Assembly (NCBI GenBank): GCA_964188305.1
Contig: OZ076901.1
From: Podarcis bocagei
Lineage: Eukaryota
Reading direction: 5' to 3' (one strand)
DNA: 64,000 nucleotides
The position numbers were made by a program, and so were the translations under genes. Numbering within the stretch: position 1 is the stretch's first letter; each line of letters starts with the position of its first letter. Under the pieces are notes generated by a model, which was not told the origin of the DNA, made no database searches, and worked only from the letters and a program-made list of their open reading frames with translations. This document shows, piece after piece, positions 33,341-47,225 of this stretch.

Positions 33341-36300
33341 TTTGAACTAAAGCACCTCCTTGGACAATTCCCACCAATTCAGAAGACAAAAAATGAAGAG
33401 CGCTTCCAATCCAGCCTTTCCTGACCGGTGGTTAAAACATATTTAGGTTAGCATCTCAACCACTTCACCCACTAAAGCTACTCTGGGATTTGGAGAATGT
33501 TTACTCTCCCTCCCCTGCTAAGACAGGCTCTACAATGCTTGGTTAGTAACAGCCAACAGCATACCAGAAGAAAAGCATGTTTAAAACAGGCTGAATAACA
33601 GATTTGGTACATAGGAATACTGAATGCAAATGCAGTGTGATAGAGAAAGAGGGAAACCTTGGCTGTGAGCACTAATACCCAAAATGGGGCGACACAAAAA
33701 AATTGCAGGGGTGTCACCATTATTTGGAATGAAGGCTGAGCCATGCCAATCCCGGGTCAGACACTAGAGGGCACAGAGAGACCAAGGCATGGCATCATTT
33801 GCCCATGAGGCTTGAAAGGGCTGTGGGTGCATGCGTGGGCCCCTTTGGACAAACCAACCAAAGCAACAGCTCAACAAATGATTCAGTCATAATTTCTAAG
33901 CATGCAAACAGAAATTCAAGGGCAGGAGGCTCAGATGTTATCCCCTCTAGGCTTGTAAAGGCTGATACTTCCTTGGGATCTGTGGTTCACTCACCTACTT
34001 TCCTATTCAACATCAACCAATTACTTCTTGTCCTAATTAGGCTGGACAAATGTTCTCTCTCTTCCATATATTACATGGAACGAGGCTGATACCCCCTCAT
34101 CACCACCCCTCCCAAATAGAAGATGCTCCTCTCAACTGCTTGCTTTTACTTATTTAAAGTGAGAGGGAAGGCCAAAAGCAGACATGTGATGTGTTATTAT
34201 CTATCAGAGCTGACCCTGTCACCACTAGAACAGGCTGTACAGATAGCAGCAGGCTTCTCCCCTCCTTGTGCTGGCGGTGCGGAATGTGCTAGTTCCAAGG
34301 TTGTGGTAGCCTGTGAAAAGTTTAAAGATCAGCAGTGAGGAAGGGCTATACAAGGAAGCTGAGGTAAATATTGGGGGGTGGCAAGGGGGGGGTTTACTCT
34401 TGCAGCCTTAATAAAACGAGAGTGCATGTTTTTAGTTTTTTGCTAACCCCTCAACGGGCTCCCAGCCTCCTCAGGGCATCATATACAATACAAGCAAGAT
34501 CCCAGGTCCCCCATCTTTTTGTCACACTGTAACATGACCAAGAAAGGCACCAAGGATACAGCTTTATATACAGGTTCTCTGTAAACTCCTGCTCAGATCT
34601 CACTGAAGTCTTTGGATCAACAGGAAACAAAACTTTGAATTCCTAAACCAGTCTAAGCTGCTTATGTTCCCCACCTGTGCGTCATTTCATGCTGCCTGGC
34701 ATCACGATAGAAGGCAATGCAAGTCTGCCAGCTAGGAAATAAAAGTTCAAATTGGCAACTGCCTCACATATTGTCATAGGAAGGAACATTTTCTCCTACA
34801 TTCCAGATGCCTTGAAAATTGAGGATTTACTACTATAACACAGGTTTGCTTTATGGCTGAGTTGGGGACCAGATGGCCCTCCAAATGCTGCTAGACTACA
34901 ACTCCCATCATCTCTGGCCATGAGCCCTGCTGGCTGGAGATAATGGAATCTAAAGTCTAAAAACACCTGGAAGATCAGGTTCCTCAACCCTGTGCTTTAA
35001 GGCATTTTAAATATGGAGAAAAAGGTAGGGAGGAGCCTTTATTGCTGGCCCCATAAAAAGCAACTAAAACATAATGGAGAAAGCACTAAAAGCCAACTTC
35101 TACTATTACCCATTTATTTTAGACTTGGTATCCTTGACACCTCTACCTGCCTGCCCAGAAAGAACGGTTTTGGAGAGGTATGCCAGATGGTCTCCAGTGA
35201 ATAGCAAAAGTAGTGCCACATGACTGAGGGGCCGTTTGCTAATGCCTTCTGGGGGGAGAAGCCATACTACAGTCCTCCGAGGTTAATGTACATTGGGTAT
35301 GCATACAGCTCAGTGGCAGTTTGTATGCTTCATGTACTAAGGTTAGTGCAACTGTGGAGTCCCTCTTCAGATCCTCGCTGTTGACCATGGGGCCAGCCAC
35401 TACCTCTCAGCCTTTCCTCATCACAGGCTTGTTGTGAGGAGAAAAGTAGATGGGATGAGGCCCTTGTACACTGTGTTGAACTCAGTGGAGAAAAGACAGG
35501 ATGTGCATAAAACTGGCTTAAATAAAACTACGGCCTCAGGTTTGACCCCTGGCAGTGTCTCCAATTAAAGGGGTGCCTGGAACCTTGGAGAGCTGCTGCC
35601 AGTTGAAGCCATTCTGACCAAACCAGCCATCTTTAATCCTTCCAGGTGTTGTTGACCTCTATCTCCCATCAACCACAGCCAATTGCCAGGGATGATGGGA
35701 GCCGTGGTCAAACAATATTGGTTAGCCAGGGTGGCACAAGGCAAAAGAGTATGACCTGGTCTAAGACATCTTAATGATGATGACTCAGTACAGGGGGAAG
35801 CAGTGCCAGCCACTCAAAAACCTCAGTCTGTTTTCTCTCCAGTTAGCCTGCCTTCTCAGAGAAGAAAACCCCAGGATACGAAAGCTACAGAAGTCTCTGT
35901 TTCTTGGGTTTGACTCCAGTTCTCATAAGCTACTGTGAGGTCTAATGAGGGAGATGCCTTTCCTACGCATTAAACACAGACATTGGTTATTCTCTTTTTC
36001 AAGCTGTTCAAGTATCACTGTACTTGGTGCAAGATGACATCAGCATCACGACTCCACCCAAAATGCTGGGTATGCTGGCACAATCCATTTATTTATGTGA
36101 ATGACATGGAAGAAATGCTCCAGTACATTCCTGATGCACAAGAGCAACTGGCCTCAGAGAAAAATAGCAAATTTCTGCTATGGAAGCATCATTTATCCCA
36201 CAGCGACATCCTGCTGATGACAACGGCCCAATTACCCCTGGGCACGCTGCCCTCTAAGAACAGATTCTTTAATAAGAAAGCTAATTTAGTCCCATCTCAA

Positions 36301-37884
36301 GAGAATGTGGCATCAACTTTTCTTTTCGAGGTTTGCTGACTCCAGAAATACATTTTTAGCCAGGCGCAGAATGAAAGACAGCAAAGCACCCTGCCGGGTC
36401 ATTTCAACCCATTAAAATTCCAGTGGTCTACCACTGGCAGTACCAGCTAATCCTACGTACAGAAGTCTGGGATTAGTTTTCAGAAGACTCACAGCACACT
36501 GAGACAATGCTAGGCCTGATCCACCGGGAATTTGCACTGAATTTGCTCATTTGCAATTAGCACAAGCTGCACATTTCCATGTGCAACACACAACTATTTC
36601 AAATGGGATTTGAATAAGGGAAAGTGCTCAGTGAATCCTACCCACTCTTTTTCCTTCTTCTAGCCTGGGGCGAGTAAGGAAGAGAGAAAGCTATCATTTC
36701 CCTCGTCTGTCATTTAATGTGTTCGCCACAGCTCTCCAAACAAGGCAGACGCAGCACATTTTATAGAAACAACAATACATCACAGCAAGCCGCCGTCACC
36801 GCCGTAACAAGGCAGTCAACCAAAGTAGCTTTAGGCTGGGAATCAGCCCTAAATAGTTTTTATTTGGGGTGGGTATCCTACTATGAGTAGCGGATTTCTT
36901 AGAGTAGCACGTCGCTCTTCAATCAACAGAGAGCATCTAAGGCTTGTAAAAAAGAAAAGGAACATCAGCCTTCATCTCTTTGGCAAACCATCATTCCTCT
37001 ACTCCAGAAGGAAATGAGTTAACAAGGGAACTGGATCCAGCCCCAAAGAACTCTGCACACATTCCCAACAGCACCCTAAGCAGGTTAAGTAGCCTGCGCA
37101 TAATTGCCTGAGGAGCTGCTCAGAGCCCTGGAATTTTTACAGTTTCCTTCAGAGAGTCAAGGAGCACAGATTGCAGCTCTCTCTTTCTCTGCATTGTTCT
37201 TGGCTTTCTCTTTTCTTGAAAGACAAAGAACAGCTCTATGGGAAAGCTTGTGAATATTCATGAGATGTCTCTTTCTTAGCCACATTCTCCCTGAAAGAGA
37301 GAACCGCCTGCCAGGTGACGACTTTCATGTTACACCTCTGCAGCCCCGGCAATAAAAATTCACTCCACACTGTAATTCTCCTCCTAGTCTCACAGAATCC
37401 CCACGCTGCAAAATTAGCTCTGAGCTAGAAGACACAGTTTCTTATGATTACTAAAGTTGCCATCGTAACCTAAATATAGAGATGTGACACCCACGAAAAA
37501 GCAGGCAGATTTAGGCACTATCCTTGCCTTTCAGTGGGTAGATCCCAGGCAAGATGGCTGCTCATTCATGTAGAAGTGTCTAATTACATCTACAAAGTTT
37601 TGCTCTTGTCACAGTGAAGCCTCTGACGCTGGTTGATTGAGCTGGCGCCATGGCATGGAATGTCCACAAACATTCCACCTGCTCAGGAAATAGAGCTGTC
37701 AGCCAAGAATAACTGTCAGTTGGGCTGAGCTTCACACCTTACAAATGCCCTGTGGAAGGAGAAGCTTAATGAGAGAGGAGCAAAAGAAGAAGACTCAAAA
37801 GCTCAAGTTTGATTTTCCTTTAGAAAAAGAAAAGAAAATGAGAAGTGTGGCTGGTACATAACTTCAGGCTCAGATACAGACACC

Positions 37885-38067
37885 CAGGGCTTTTTTTTTG
37901 GGGGGGGGACAAAGTTGTTGAGCTCCATTGTACAGCAACAATGGCCATGCCAATGCGATTGCGACTGCCGCCCACCGGCGCACAACCCCAACCTAAAGAG
38001 ATGCCCAAACACACCTAAGAGGTGATGGAACTCAGTTCTGGTGAATTCTGGCTGAAAAAAAGCCCTG
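37885..38067. mobile_element. 183-bp hAT-type MITE
   Basis: TIRs CAGGGCTTTTTTT / AAAAAAAGCCCTG; flanks CAGACACC and CACACATC (6/8 match, a degraded 8-bp TSD). Confidence 0.7.
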
Positions 38068-38299
38068 CACACATCTAAAGTGTCCTCAGGTGTTTTTCAC
38101 TCCAGAGTGATTCCCTGCAACCAGCTTGTGATGTAATGTGCAACTTGAGTCTAAAAGTCTTTTTCTTTTTTTTAAACTTGCTGGATTTGAGTTAACCTAT
38201 TAACCCTACCTAATCCTTCTACTCGAGACCACATTTAGACTCAAACATGACATAACAGCTGGAGGTGAACCTTGCAATGCACACGTCTACATGAAAATG

Positions 38300-39245
38300 C
38301 AAGAAAAGAGCCTGGCTGCTGTATCACACCAAGGGCTTGTCTAGTCCAGCATTCTGTTCTCACAATGCTTATGTGAAGACCACCAGTATGAGCACGGTGG
38401 TTCCCTTGCACTTGCGATCCTCAGCAGCTAGCATTCAGAAACATATTTTGCATGGCATAGAGAAAGTAGGTATCATCACAAAATATCAGACATGAAATGA
38501 AGCATGGATTGTGATCAACTTGGAGGGCTTTAAAAGAGGATTAGACCAATTGTCTACCAATGGCTCCTAGCCATGATATCTATGATCTGTCTTGAGGGTT
38601 GGAGGCAGAAATGCTTCTGAATAGCAGTTACTGGAAACTAAAGGAGGGGAGGGTGCTCTTGTGATTAGGTCCTGCTTGTCAGTTTTCCATCAGACATCTA
38701 GTTAGCCTCCTTGAAAACAGTATGCTGCATTACAGGGTTCATTGGCTTGATCCAGTGAGTTCTTCTTAGCTTCATATATGGCCCCTTATCCTGAACATAG
38801 TATACGGGCATGATGACTAGTAGCCACTGATGCCTTAACCTCCATGAATTTGTCTAATTCCCCTTTAAAGTTGGTGGTCATCACTACATCTTGTGGTAGA
38901 GAATTCTATAGTTTAACTATGTGCTATGTAAATAAGTACTTCCTTTTGTCCGCCCAGAATCTCCCACCAGCCAGTTTGCTGGATGACTCTGGGCTCTAGT
39001 TTAATGAGAGGGGGTCTAACCACTTTCTCCACAGCTTGTATAATTGCAAACAGCTCTATCTTTTCTCCATTACTAACCTTTCCCCTAATCTGAAAAGCTC
39101 CAAATATTACAGCCTTTCTGTATAGGGTAAAGTAACCAGAACTCCACACAGTTTTCCAAGTGTGGTTGTACCATAGATTTGTAGAAAGGCGTTACGATAT
39201 AAGCTGCATTACTTCCAATGCCTTTCCTAATGACTCCAACATGGC
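38300..39245. mobile_element. Minus-strand CR1 fragment interrupted by a plus-strand CR1 3' end (about 38505-38778)
   Basis: Plus: ttggagggctttaaaagaggattagac...ggcttgatccag...tcttcttagc; minus: ctagtccagcattctg... and tccatgaatttgtctaattcccctttaaag...aagtacttcctttt. Confidence 0.75.
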
Positions 39246-41706
39246 TTCAGAAGATCCTGCCTGGTCCTTCTAGTAGGAAGCATCAACCATATCAGGAATG
39301 TCCTCTAGCAGCATCTGGCAAACTGGGCATGCTGAACTGGTCCTGTCATGTATCATATATATTCAGTCATAGATCAAGAACTCTAATCACCGTAATGTTT
39401 ATTATGATGGCAATGCTTGTGAAAGCATTTACAAGACAGTGACCAATGATGGCTCTTCTCCCAGGTGATTTCCTGAGCATGGAAAAAGTGGCTTGGACCA
39501 TATTTTGGCACTGCTAACTTCAGAACTGGCAGCCCATCTTAATGCTTTAAGCAAATATGCAGGAAAATGTCACCACAAAGTGAGATATCAGTGTTAATTC
39601 TGCACTGATACTTGCTCCTATAAAAACACCCCTTTCTGTAACCTACGTGGTCAAGCAAAGATGCAAGCACCAGAAAAAGTTACAATGGGAGTGATCCCAT
39701 TCCAAAGCGGTTATGACTCTCATCGTGTGTGGACATGTTGATAAGGAAATGGTGGTGAACTACACAGGATTTACAGTATTTTGTTCTCAGAAAAACAACT
39801 ATGCCCCCATAGTCAGTGCGAGATCTAAACAGCTTTAAAATGTAACAAGAGGCCAATAATGGGTTTGCATTGCCATTTAGATACTCTTAAAGCAGCAGCT
39901 CCTCATATCATTGAAAAACATTTGCAAATGAGATCAACCATACAGGAAGAAGCCTGATCACACCCTTACCCCTCCCCCCCCTTTTTTTAAGGGATGACTC
40001 TTTCTGCGGGAAAGGAAAAAGGAATTGATCTCAGCTAGTCTGCAGAGCCAGTTGCCATGGCAACCTATCCAGTAATTCCCCAGGAATTGGATTGGAAAGG
40101 AGGAGTGTGCTTTGATGGCTCTGGAGATATCAGAGGAAGAAGATGCAAGGAAGGTAAATGTGGTGTCAGTTCTGAAAGAAGGAAGAGGCTGGGGAAACTA
40201 AGAAGGGGCACACTCACCAGGTCCAAAAATTGGGTATTTTAGTATTTGGAAACAGAAGTTGCTGACTGACCCGAAGAGCATTCTTAATAGGATGGAGATG
40301 GAACAGATACCTCAAGCAAGTGCCTGTTGCAAGAGTATTGGAGAGTTCTGGGTTCAAGTCTCCACTGTGCTCAGTAACAAACACAGGACCAAATATCACA
40401 ATAGAAAAGGGGTGAAGATGAGAAATAGAGAGAATAGCATATGAAAAGCAGAAAGAAGAGAGCTAAAAAGAAAGAGCACAGGCCTGATAGCCTAGATTAA
40501 GAAACAAGAAAACATTATTCTTAATGCTGTCACTGTGGTGGCCAAAATAGAACTCAGCGAGAAGGCATGAAGTCCACTCTTCTAAACAGGAACATTGCAA
40601 ATGGTTGGCATGGGCTGCCACTTTCCCCTAAGTCTTCCTAAACGTTTTTAGCAAATTCACTTTTATACTTAGTTCAGCTGAAATAACACCACCACTAATA
40701 AAAAAGATGCAATTCCATAATCTGTAAGTAACCAGTGACTAGGTCCCACTGAATTCAATGGGGCTACACTGGAGTATAAACATTCATAAGCATGGCTTGC
40801 ACTGCTAATAAGAATGAAGGATGTCTCATTGTGGCTAGAAAGCATTCTGGCCAGCAGAATCATTGCAGCAACTGTAGTTAAAATGTTGTGGAAAGGTATC
40901 AATAAATTTGCAAGAGACACTGTTTTATGGCTGTCCTGATTATGTTCTTGATAGAAGCTCTTTAAAGCTTGGGGGTGGAGTGTGGGGGATCATAAAACTA
41001 ATAGCCTTGCTATTTTTCATAGCAAATATTTTCATTCACCCACAGTGGACTAAGCCAAGACACTTTATGAAGCCATTAAAATCAGAGCGTAGGCAAAATT
41101 AATTTAAAACTTTAAAAAAATATATTAAGAAACCTACATTTCCCGACAAAGAGGAGATGTATGGGTGGGGAGGTCCATGTGGCTGGTGGAAGCTGATGAA
41201 AAGGCAAATGTTGTTAAAGAAATATGAAACGCCTACTCTGAAACACTCACCTAAAGATCACTCTTCATTTTCTGCAACTGACCACAAGCATCCACAATGT
41301 CAGAATCTTCCAAGACAGTTAGGAACTGCCAACATGCACCCACACGCACATGGATTTTAGTTCATTTTCTTCCATCCATATGCCATTCTGTCAAACTTGT
41401 GACAGCTTATAATGAGGGAGGAGCCCTAGTTCAGCTCCATGATTCGTTCACCATTGAAATACCCCTTGGATTCCACTTCATTTGCCTTCAATACATAATC
41501 AAAGATTTTGCGTGTATTCCTCTTACATATAAAAAAAAATACTAAAAAAAGTAAAAATCTCTAGTTTCCCAGGGTGGGGGTGGGGAGAGATAATAAAATT
41601 GTAAAAATATTGAAGTCTGTTATATAAGGGCACAAGTGTACTTCCTTGTGTGTTTTTAACACACGCTCTTAGTTTTTGCCATTTTAAAAAGGGAATAAAT
41701 CTTTAT

Positions 41707-41707
<1 letters not shown>

Positions 41708-41743
<36 letters not shown>
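41708..41743. repeat. (GAT)12 microsatellite
   Basis: Read directly. Confidence 0.97.
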
Positions 41744-41989
41744 AAATATTCCAGATGCCTTTAATGAAGGGATTTTTTTAAAAAAGGTATGGTATTTATC
41801 TTGATAAAAAGAAAACCAAAAGTTCACAACTGCATAGCTACATAATCAGAATTGAAAGGGAACTCATGTCATCAAGTATAGTCTCCTGCTGATAAAAGAA
41901 ACTCCAGATTTCTGGAAAGATTTTATATCGATACAGATATCCTATTCAAGTTCCCCCAGTTTTCAGTTTTCATTCTTTATTTACCTATA

Positions 41990-42247
41990 TTAAGATTGTA
42001 AGAAGAGCCAGGTGTAGTAAACCAAATCAGGCCAGTCACCCATTTAGTCCAGCATCTTGTTTTCATGGTGGCCAAGGAGATGCCTATATAAGCAGGACTT
42101 GAGCGCAACAGCAGCTTCTCACTTGCGTTTCTCAGCAATTGGCATTCTGAGGCATATACGTTCTGATAATGGAAGTACAGTAGTACACGGCCATCGTGAA
42201 TAGTAGCCATTGATAACCTGATCCTCTTCCATGAATTTGTCTAATCA
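41990..42247 (-). mobile_element. CR1 3' end; similar fragments near 3090-3260 (-), 20950-21150 (-) and 60385-60490 (+)
   Basis: taagaagagcc...cccatttagtccagcatc...tagccattgat...tccatgaatttgtctaatc. Confidence 0.75.
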
Positions 42248-43434
42248 CCGTCCAGAGTGGCTGGGACAACCCAGTCAGGTGGGAAGAATACATTTGTTGT
42301 TGTTGCTATTGTTGTTCCTCATTTATAGCCATGTACGTCGGCAGCCATCACTACAGTTATTCTCTGTGACTGAGACTGCTCCTCTCCTGGAAGTACTTTC
42401 AAACAGTGCTGGAGGTATCTGGATAGCCATGAATGGACAGAGAATGCTGAACTTGATATACTTTTCATCTGATCCAGTGAGACAATTCTTATCTTGTTCA
42501 CTAACTCCATCTACAAAAAATAACCAAACAGCTGCCCTTCCCCATATGCTCTGACATTTGATCAGCTTCTGAGAGAATGAGGTCCTCTGCATGACAAAAA
42601 CCTGTGTGATTTGTTTGCCCTCAATTTAGAAGCAAGGACCGGGCCTTCTTGCAGAGCTGACCAGACATGATTGCATTCAGTTCCTTTTGATCATCAGTCA
42701 TCTGTTTGCTAAGGTGTTGTTTTTTAATGTTATTTGCTACTAATATTCCCTCCTCTCAACAACCCACACAGCTGCTTTACAAGACCAGAAGGTACCTCTG
42801 GAAGTGACACTTCCTCAAGTAGCACTTCAGCCTTGACATCCACCACTCTTCTGCTCCCATTATTTGCCCATTTAGTTCCTATTTTCCTGGTCCCTGGCCC
42901 TGTTAAATCACTCACACTGGAAGGATGCTAGTTGAAATTTTGTCAGTGTGAGGAGCAGCCCCTTTAAGGGTATCAAAATGGCAACGCAGATCCATAATCA
43001 GTCTGTTGTTATCCTTCATGGCTATTTAGAGCTCAACATTGATTACAGGGGAGAGTGGTTTTTCCTAGAACAAATGCTGTAAATTCTGTGTAATTCTTCA
43101 CCATTCAGTTATCAACCTGTCCACACATGACAAAAGAGATATATCTCCTTTGAGTGGGAGTTATTGTTCTTCATAGTTCAGCTCCTTCTTCTCGAAGTTA
43201 AACCTCTGAGCAGGGGGCAGATGTGCTGTGTCATCCAATCAAACTGAATTATCTTTGGAGGTAGGGTAATGAAATCTTATGAGCCCTCAAAGAGGAGATA
43301 TGTACCACAGGGTCAAGCAAAAATCTCTCAGCACTGCCTTCTGGAAACAGCATACGGGTAAGAGTAGAACCACTACAAGACAGGCCTACCCATACCCAAC
43401 TCAGACATGCTCTCCAGAAGTATATCCTGGCTAT

Positions 43435-44181
43435 TAGGCCTGAGCGATATACCCATATATCGCCCAGGACCTGTATTAGAGGTGGACCATGATGACAGCT
43501 TCATTCAGCGGTATACTGCTGGTGAAACCACCGCCTCCTGAGTCCCCCTACTACCAGCGCCCAGCACGCTGATGGAGAAACAAGCTGCAGCCAGGCACTG
43601 GAGGCAGAGGGACTCAGGAGCAGTGGCGGTTTCACCAGCGATATACCACTGAGTGAATTCGCCATTGTGGTATGCCCTCATACTGCTGCAGAGGGAGAAA
43701 CAGCCTGTCCGCACATCTCGCCCACCAAGGCGCAATACAGCTTGTTCCTCCCTCTGTTTCAACAAGCCCTGTGTCCCTCCGGCTTGAGCACGCTGGAGGG
43801 ACATGAGGCTTGCTCAGCCAGGAGGGTGTCTCTGTGTGAAAAGAAGCACTCTCTGATGGAGAAGAAGTCCACCCACACCTCTTGCCCATCCCAAGGCGGT
43901 GGAGAAAGCTGCCGATGCTGCCTCAGCTGTCTCCGACGCCTTGGGACAGGTGGGTGGGAGGTGCCAACAGTCTGCTTCTTCATCCATGGAGGGTGAGACT
44001 GCCTGCGCACTCCCCCACCCTGCCCATGCCAAGGCAGTGGGCGAAGCAGCATACAAACAGTGTTGGCACACCGGCCTCATCCGCCACTGCTTTGACATGG
44101 ACTCCTTTCCGACACTGATATATCGCGGTATAGAGCTGGCAGTATGTTATGATGTTGGAAAATAGTTATCGCCCAGCCCTA
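43435..44181. mobile_element. 747-bp non-autonomous hAT element
   Basis: Perfect 8-bp TSD CTGGCTAT (43427-43434, 44182-44189); TIRs TAGGCCTGAGCGATA / TATCGCCCAGCCCTA (13/15); subterminal GATATA/TATATCG repeats. Confidence 0.92.
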
Positions 44182-47176
44182 CTGGCTATCGATATTGAAA
44201 GCCACTGAGAGGTAAAAGAGAGTTGATAGAATTGCACTCTGTCATTCTCCTGACAGAGCTTATTTCACAGGGCAACCGATGTTGTTTCAGTGTCAGAACT
44301 GGACATACATCCCAAATGAAATGGACTCAGGAAAATCAGCCTCATCCAAGGAAGTCTACTGGGTGCAAATACATTTCTCCAGACCAAATAATCAATCCTC
44401 TGAAACGGATAACCAAAACAGTCCTATCTCAAACTGACATTCCAAGTCCCTGGCAACTGGCTTTGTTATCCTTCTTGTGGAAGGGCTGTTCTGTTAAAAT
44501 GCCACCATTAACATTTTTTTAAAAAAAAATGTCCACGAATAACATTTCCTCCTTCACTTGCAACTCCTTTTTATAGGCATCCTTAATTAACAGGATGTGT
44601 GGTGGGGCATGCAAAAAAAAACACACCAAAAAAACCCCATGCAGCATATTAGAAGCCTGACTCTGACAGAACAACCCAGCCTGCTGCATTTAACTATGCA
44701 TAGGAATCAATTACTTACTTAGCAGCAACTGCCCTCCCAGATCATTGATCATATTTCATATCACTTCAGTTTCTGCACTCTTCCAAAACACGTTATTGTT
44801 GGTCTTTAGAAGAATTTTCTGCACCTCCGGTGTCAAGAGGACTTAGGTATTTTGTGGATATTCCAACACCTCCCACATGCTGAGATTCGCAGCGCACTCA
44901 TTTGCACTGAGTTTTATAGCTTTTAATAGACTCACTTCGTAACCAGGGCTGCTTCCTGCCAACAGCCAAAGGGCCCAATAATCAATATTCTATTTAAGTT
45001 TCAAATTAATCTTTCATATTTAGTGGCATGTAAGCCTTCATATGACAGCAGCAGCAGCAGCAGCAACAGGAGTGATGAAAACTCAAGGTGCGTTAAGAAG
45101 AAAAAACTTCAGCAAGAATTTCAAAATATCTCATTCAAATGGGATGCCTTTGAGTTAGGACCTACAATGAAATGTTGAATTGTACCACCTATAACAGAAC
45201 TGTCCCTGTTCAGGGTTCCTGTAATCCAGTCATTACCTCCCCCAGGATTCTATAAGCTGTTACAGGCTCAAGAAGTATCTTGCAATATGTGTCTGCACAC
45301 ACACACACAGGTTTTCCATTACCTATTATTCAGCTGGCGCATGCTCACACATACATTGGCTGTTTGGAGAGAATTTCCCCTTAGAGATTCTCACTCAGCC
45401 CATACTGGTTGGGGCTGAGTTGTAGGCCAAACTATCTGGAAAGCATCAGGATGGAAAAGGTTACCTTACATCAATATCTATATGAAGCAAATGGGGAAAT
45501 GATTAACATGACGTGGGCAGCCATTTCTGCTATTCACAAGTCTGCTCCATTCGTATACAAAGCAGGGGAATTTACAAGGTCCAGTTTTCACTACAAATGG
45601 TGTCTAGTGGTCACTTCTCAATGACTATTGTTCCAGACACTTGTACAAGCTCGGCTCATTTTTCCTGTCTATTCCAGGCTGGAGGGGAACATGAGTTAGA
45701 GTGTGATAGGAGGATAAGGTGGGTGACAGAGGGCTTAACACCTCCTACTCACACACCCAGAACTCAATAACAGAGAACATGCTTTGCATGTAGAAGGTCC
45801 CAGATTTAATCCCTGGCATCTCCACCTGAGCTGAGATTTAGAAGACCTCTGCCTGAAACCCTGAAAGCTCAGTAGACAGTTAAGTGGTCTGACTTAATAC
45901 ATGTAGATGGGGCTGCCTCCATCACTTCTAGTTTGAATCATGATGCAAATCCATAAATCAAAAGCCATCTGCAAGAAGGGTGATTTGCTTGTTTATGCCA
46001 TCAGTAATCATGAATGAATTATTTGGCTTTCTTCAACTCTGGGCCTCAACAAGAGAGATAGCATGAATAAAGCAGAGAAGCAAGCAAGCTAACAGCAAGG
46101 AACAGAGCCCCTGCACAACTGGGGGCTGTTTAAGCTCTGGGCTTATTCTATTCCCCACCCCCACCCCCAATAATTGGCTCTGTAAATATACTCTTTCAGC
46201 TAATGAGTACAATGGATGTGGGGAATCTTCTACTGCTGTTTCACCTCACTTTCTCTTATAACATCTGCAGAACTCGTGAATGGCACAATTCACAAACAGC
46301 TTGGCTCTAGTCCATTAATTTGATTATATTTATTTTTCAAGTGTAAAACCAACTTTCATCTGAAGAGCTTTTCAGATGAAGGAATCATTTTGTTCTATTT
46401 TGTTTAAAAATAGTTATTTAATCTCCCTACTGTGATTAGTTTTGAAGTTCTCATTACGGAGGATGAAATGTGTATACTGGAGTGGTTCATGAAGAGCGAA
46501 GACGATGTCATGTCGCATGAACAATGACCCTCTCATTTAATCATTGGTTCTAGATTTTGGCACTTGTCTCTCTCCTCAAAACATCAAGTTGTAATTCTGG
46601 TATTTGGCACTTATCGCAGGCAAAATGTCAGGGCCAGCTACTATCACAGTACACAAGCCATGCAACTTTGCTTTTGTGAAGAAACAAGAATTTGATAAAG
46701 TTAGGGTTTTTTTTAAAAAAATCCAGCTTTTAATCGTTAATTTAAAGAAAAAAGGCAAGCCAGCATGAACTTTGTGTTTCATTTAGGGCTTGGAAATGGG
46801 AGTGGGGTGGGGTGTGTCTGAAGGAAGAAGCATGCATATTCTCAGTACTGGCTCTAAATGTTTTGGGAAGGCTCCTTGGGTAGCGCAGTGGCGCTCATTA
46901 GCTAGTGGGTTAATGAAGTGTAAGTACATTTTGCCATAATCATCGCAACAGGGTGTGGTTCCTGCTCATCTTAGGTTAGCAGGTCAAATATCTAATTATT
47001 ACTCATATTAGACTACATGTACCCAGAGATCATTCATAATGTTTTATTACATGGAAAGAAGACCATAGAGTTATAAGGGTTTTGGCTGAAGCTATCCTTT
47101 GCATAATTAAGGGGGATGGTTCTGGGACATCAGTTAGGCCTGACTTCAGTCTATGGTTTTGCAAAGGCATACTACA

Positions 47177-47177
47177 A

Positions 47178-47224
<47 letters not shown>
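47177..47224. repeat. (AAAG)12 microsatellite
   Basis: Read directly. Confidence 0.97.
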
Positions 47225-47225
<1 letters not shown>

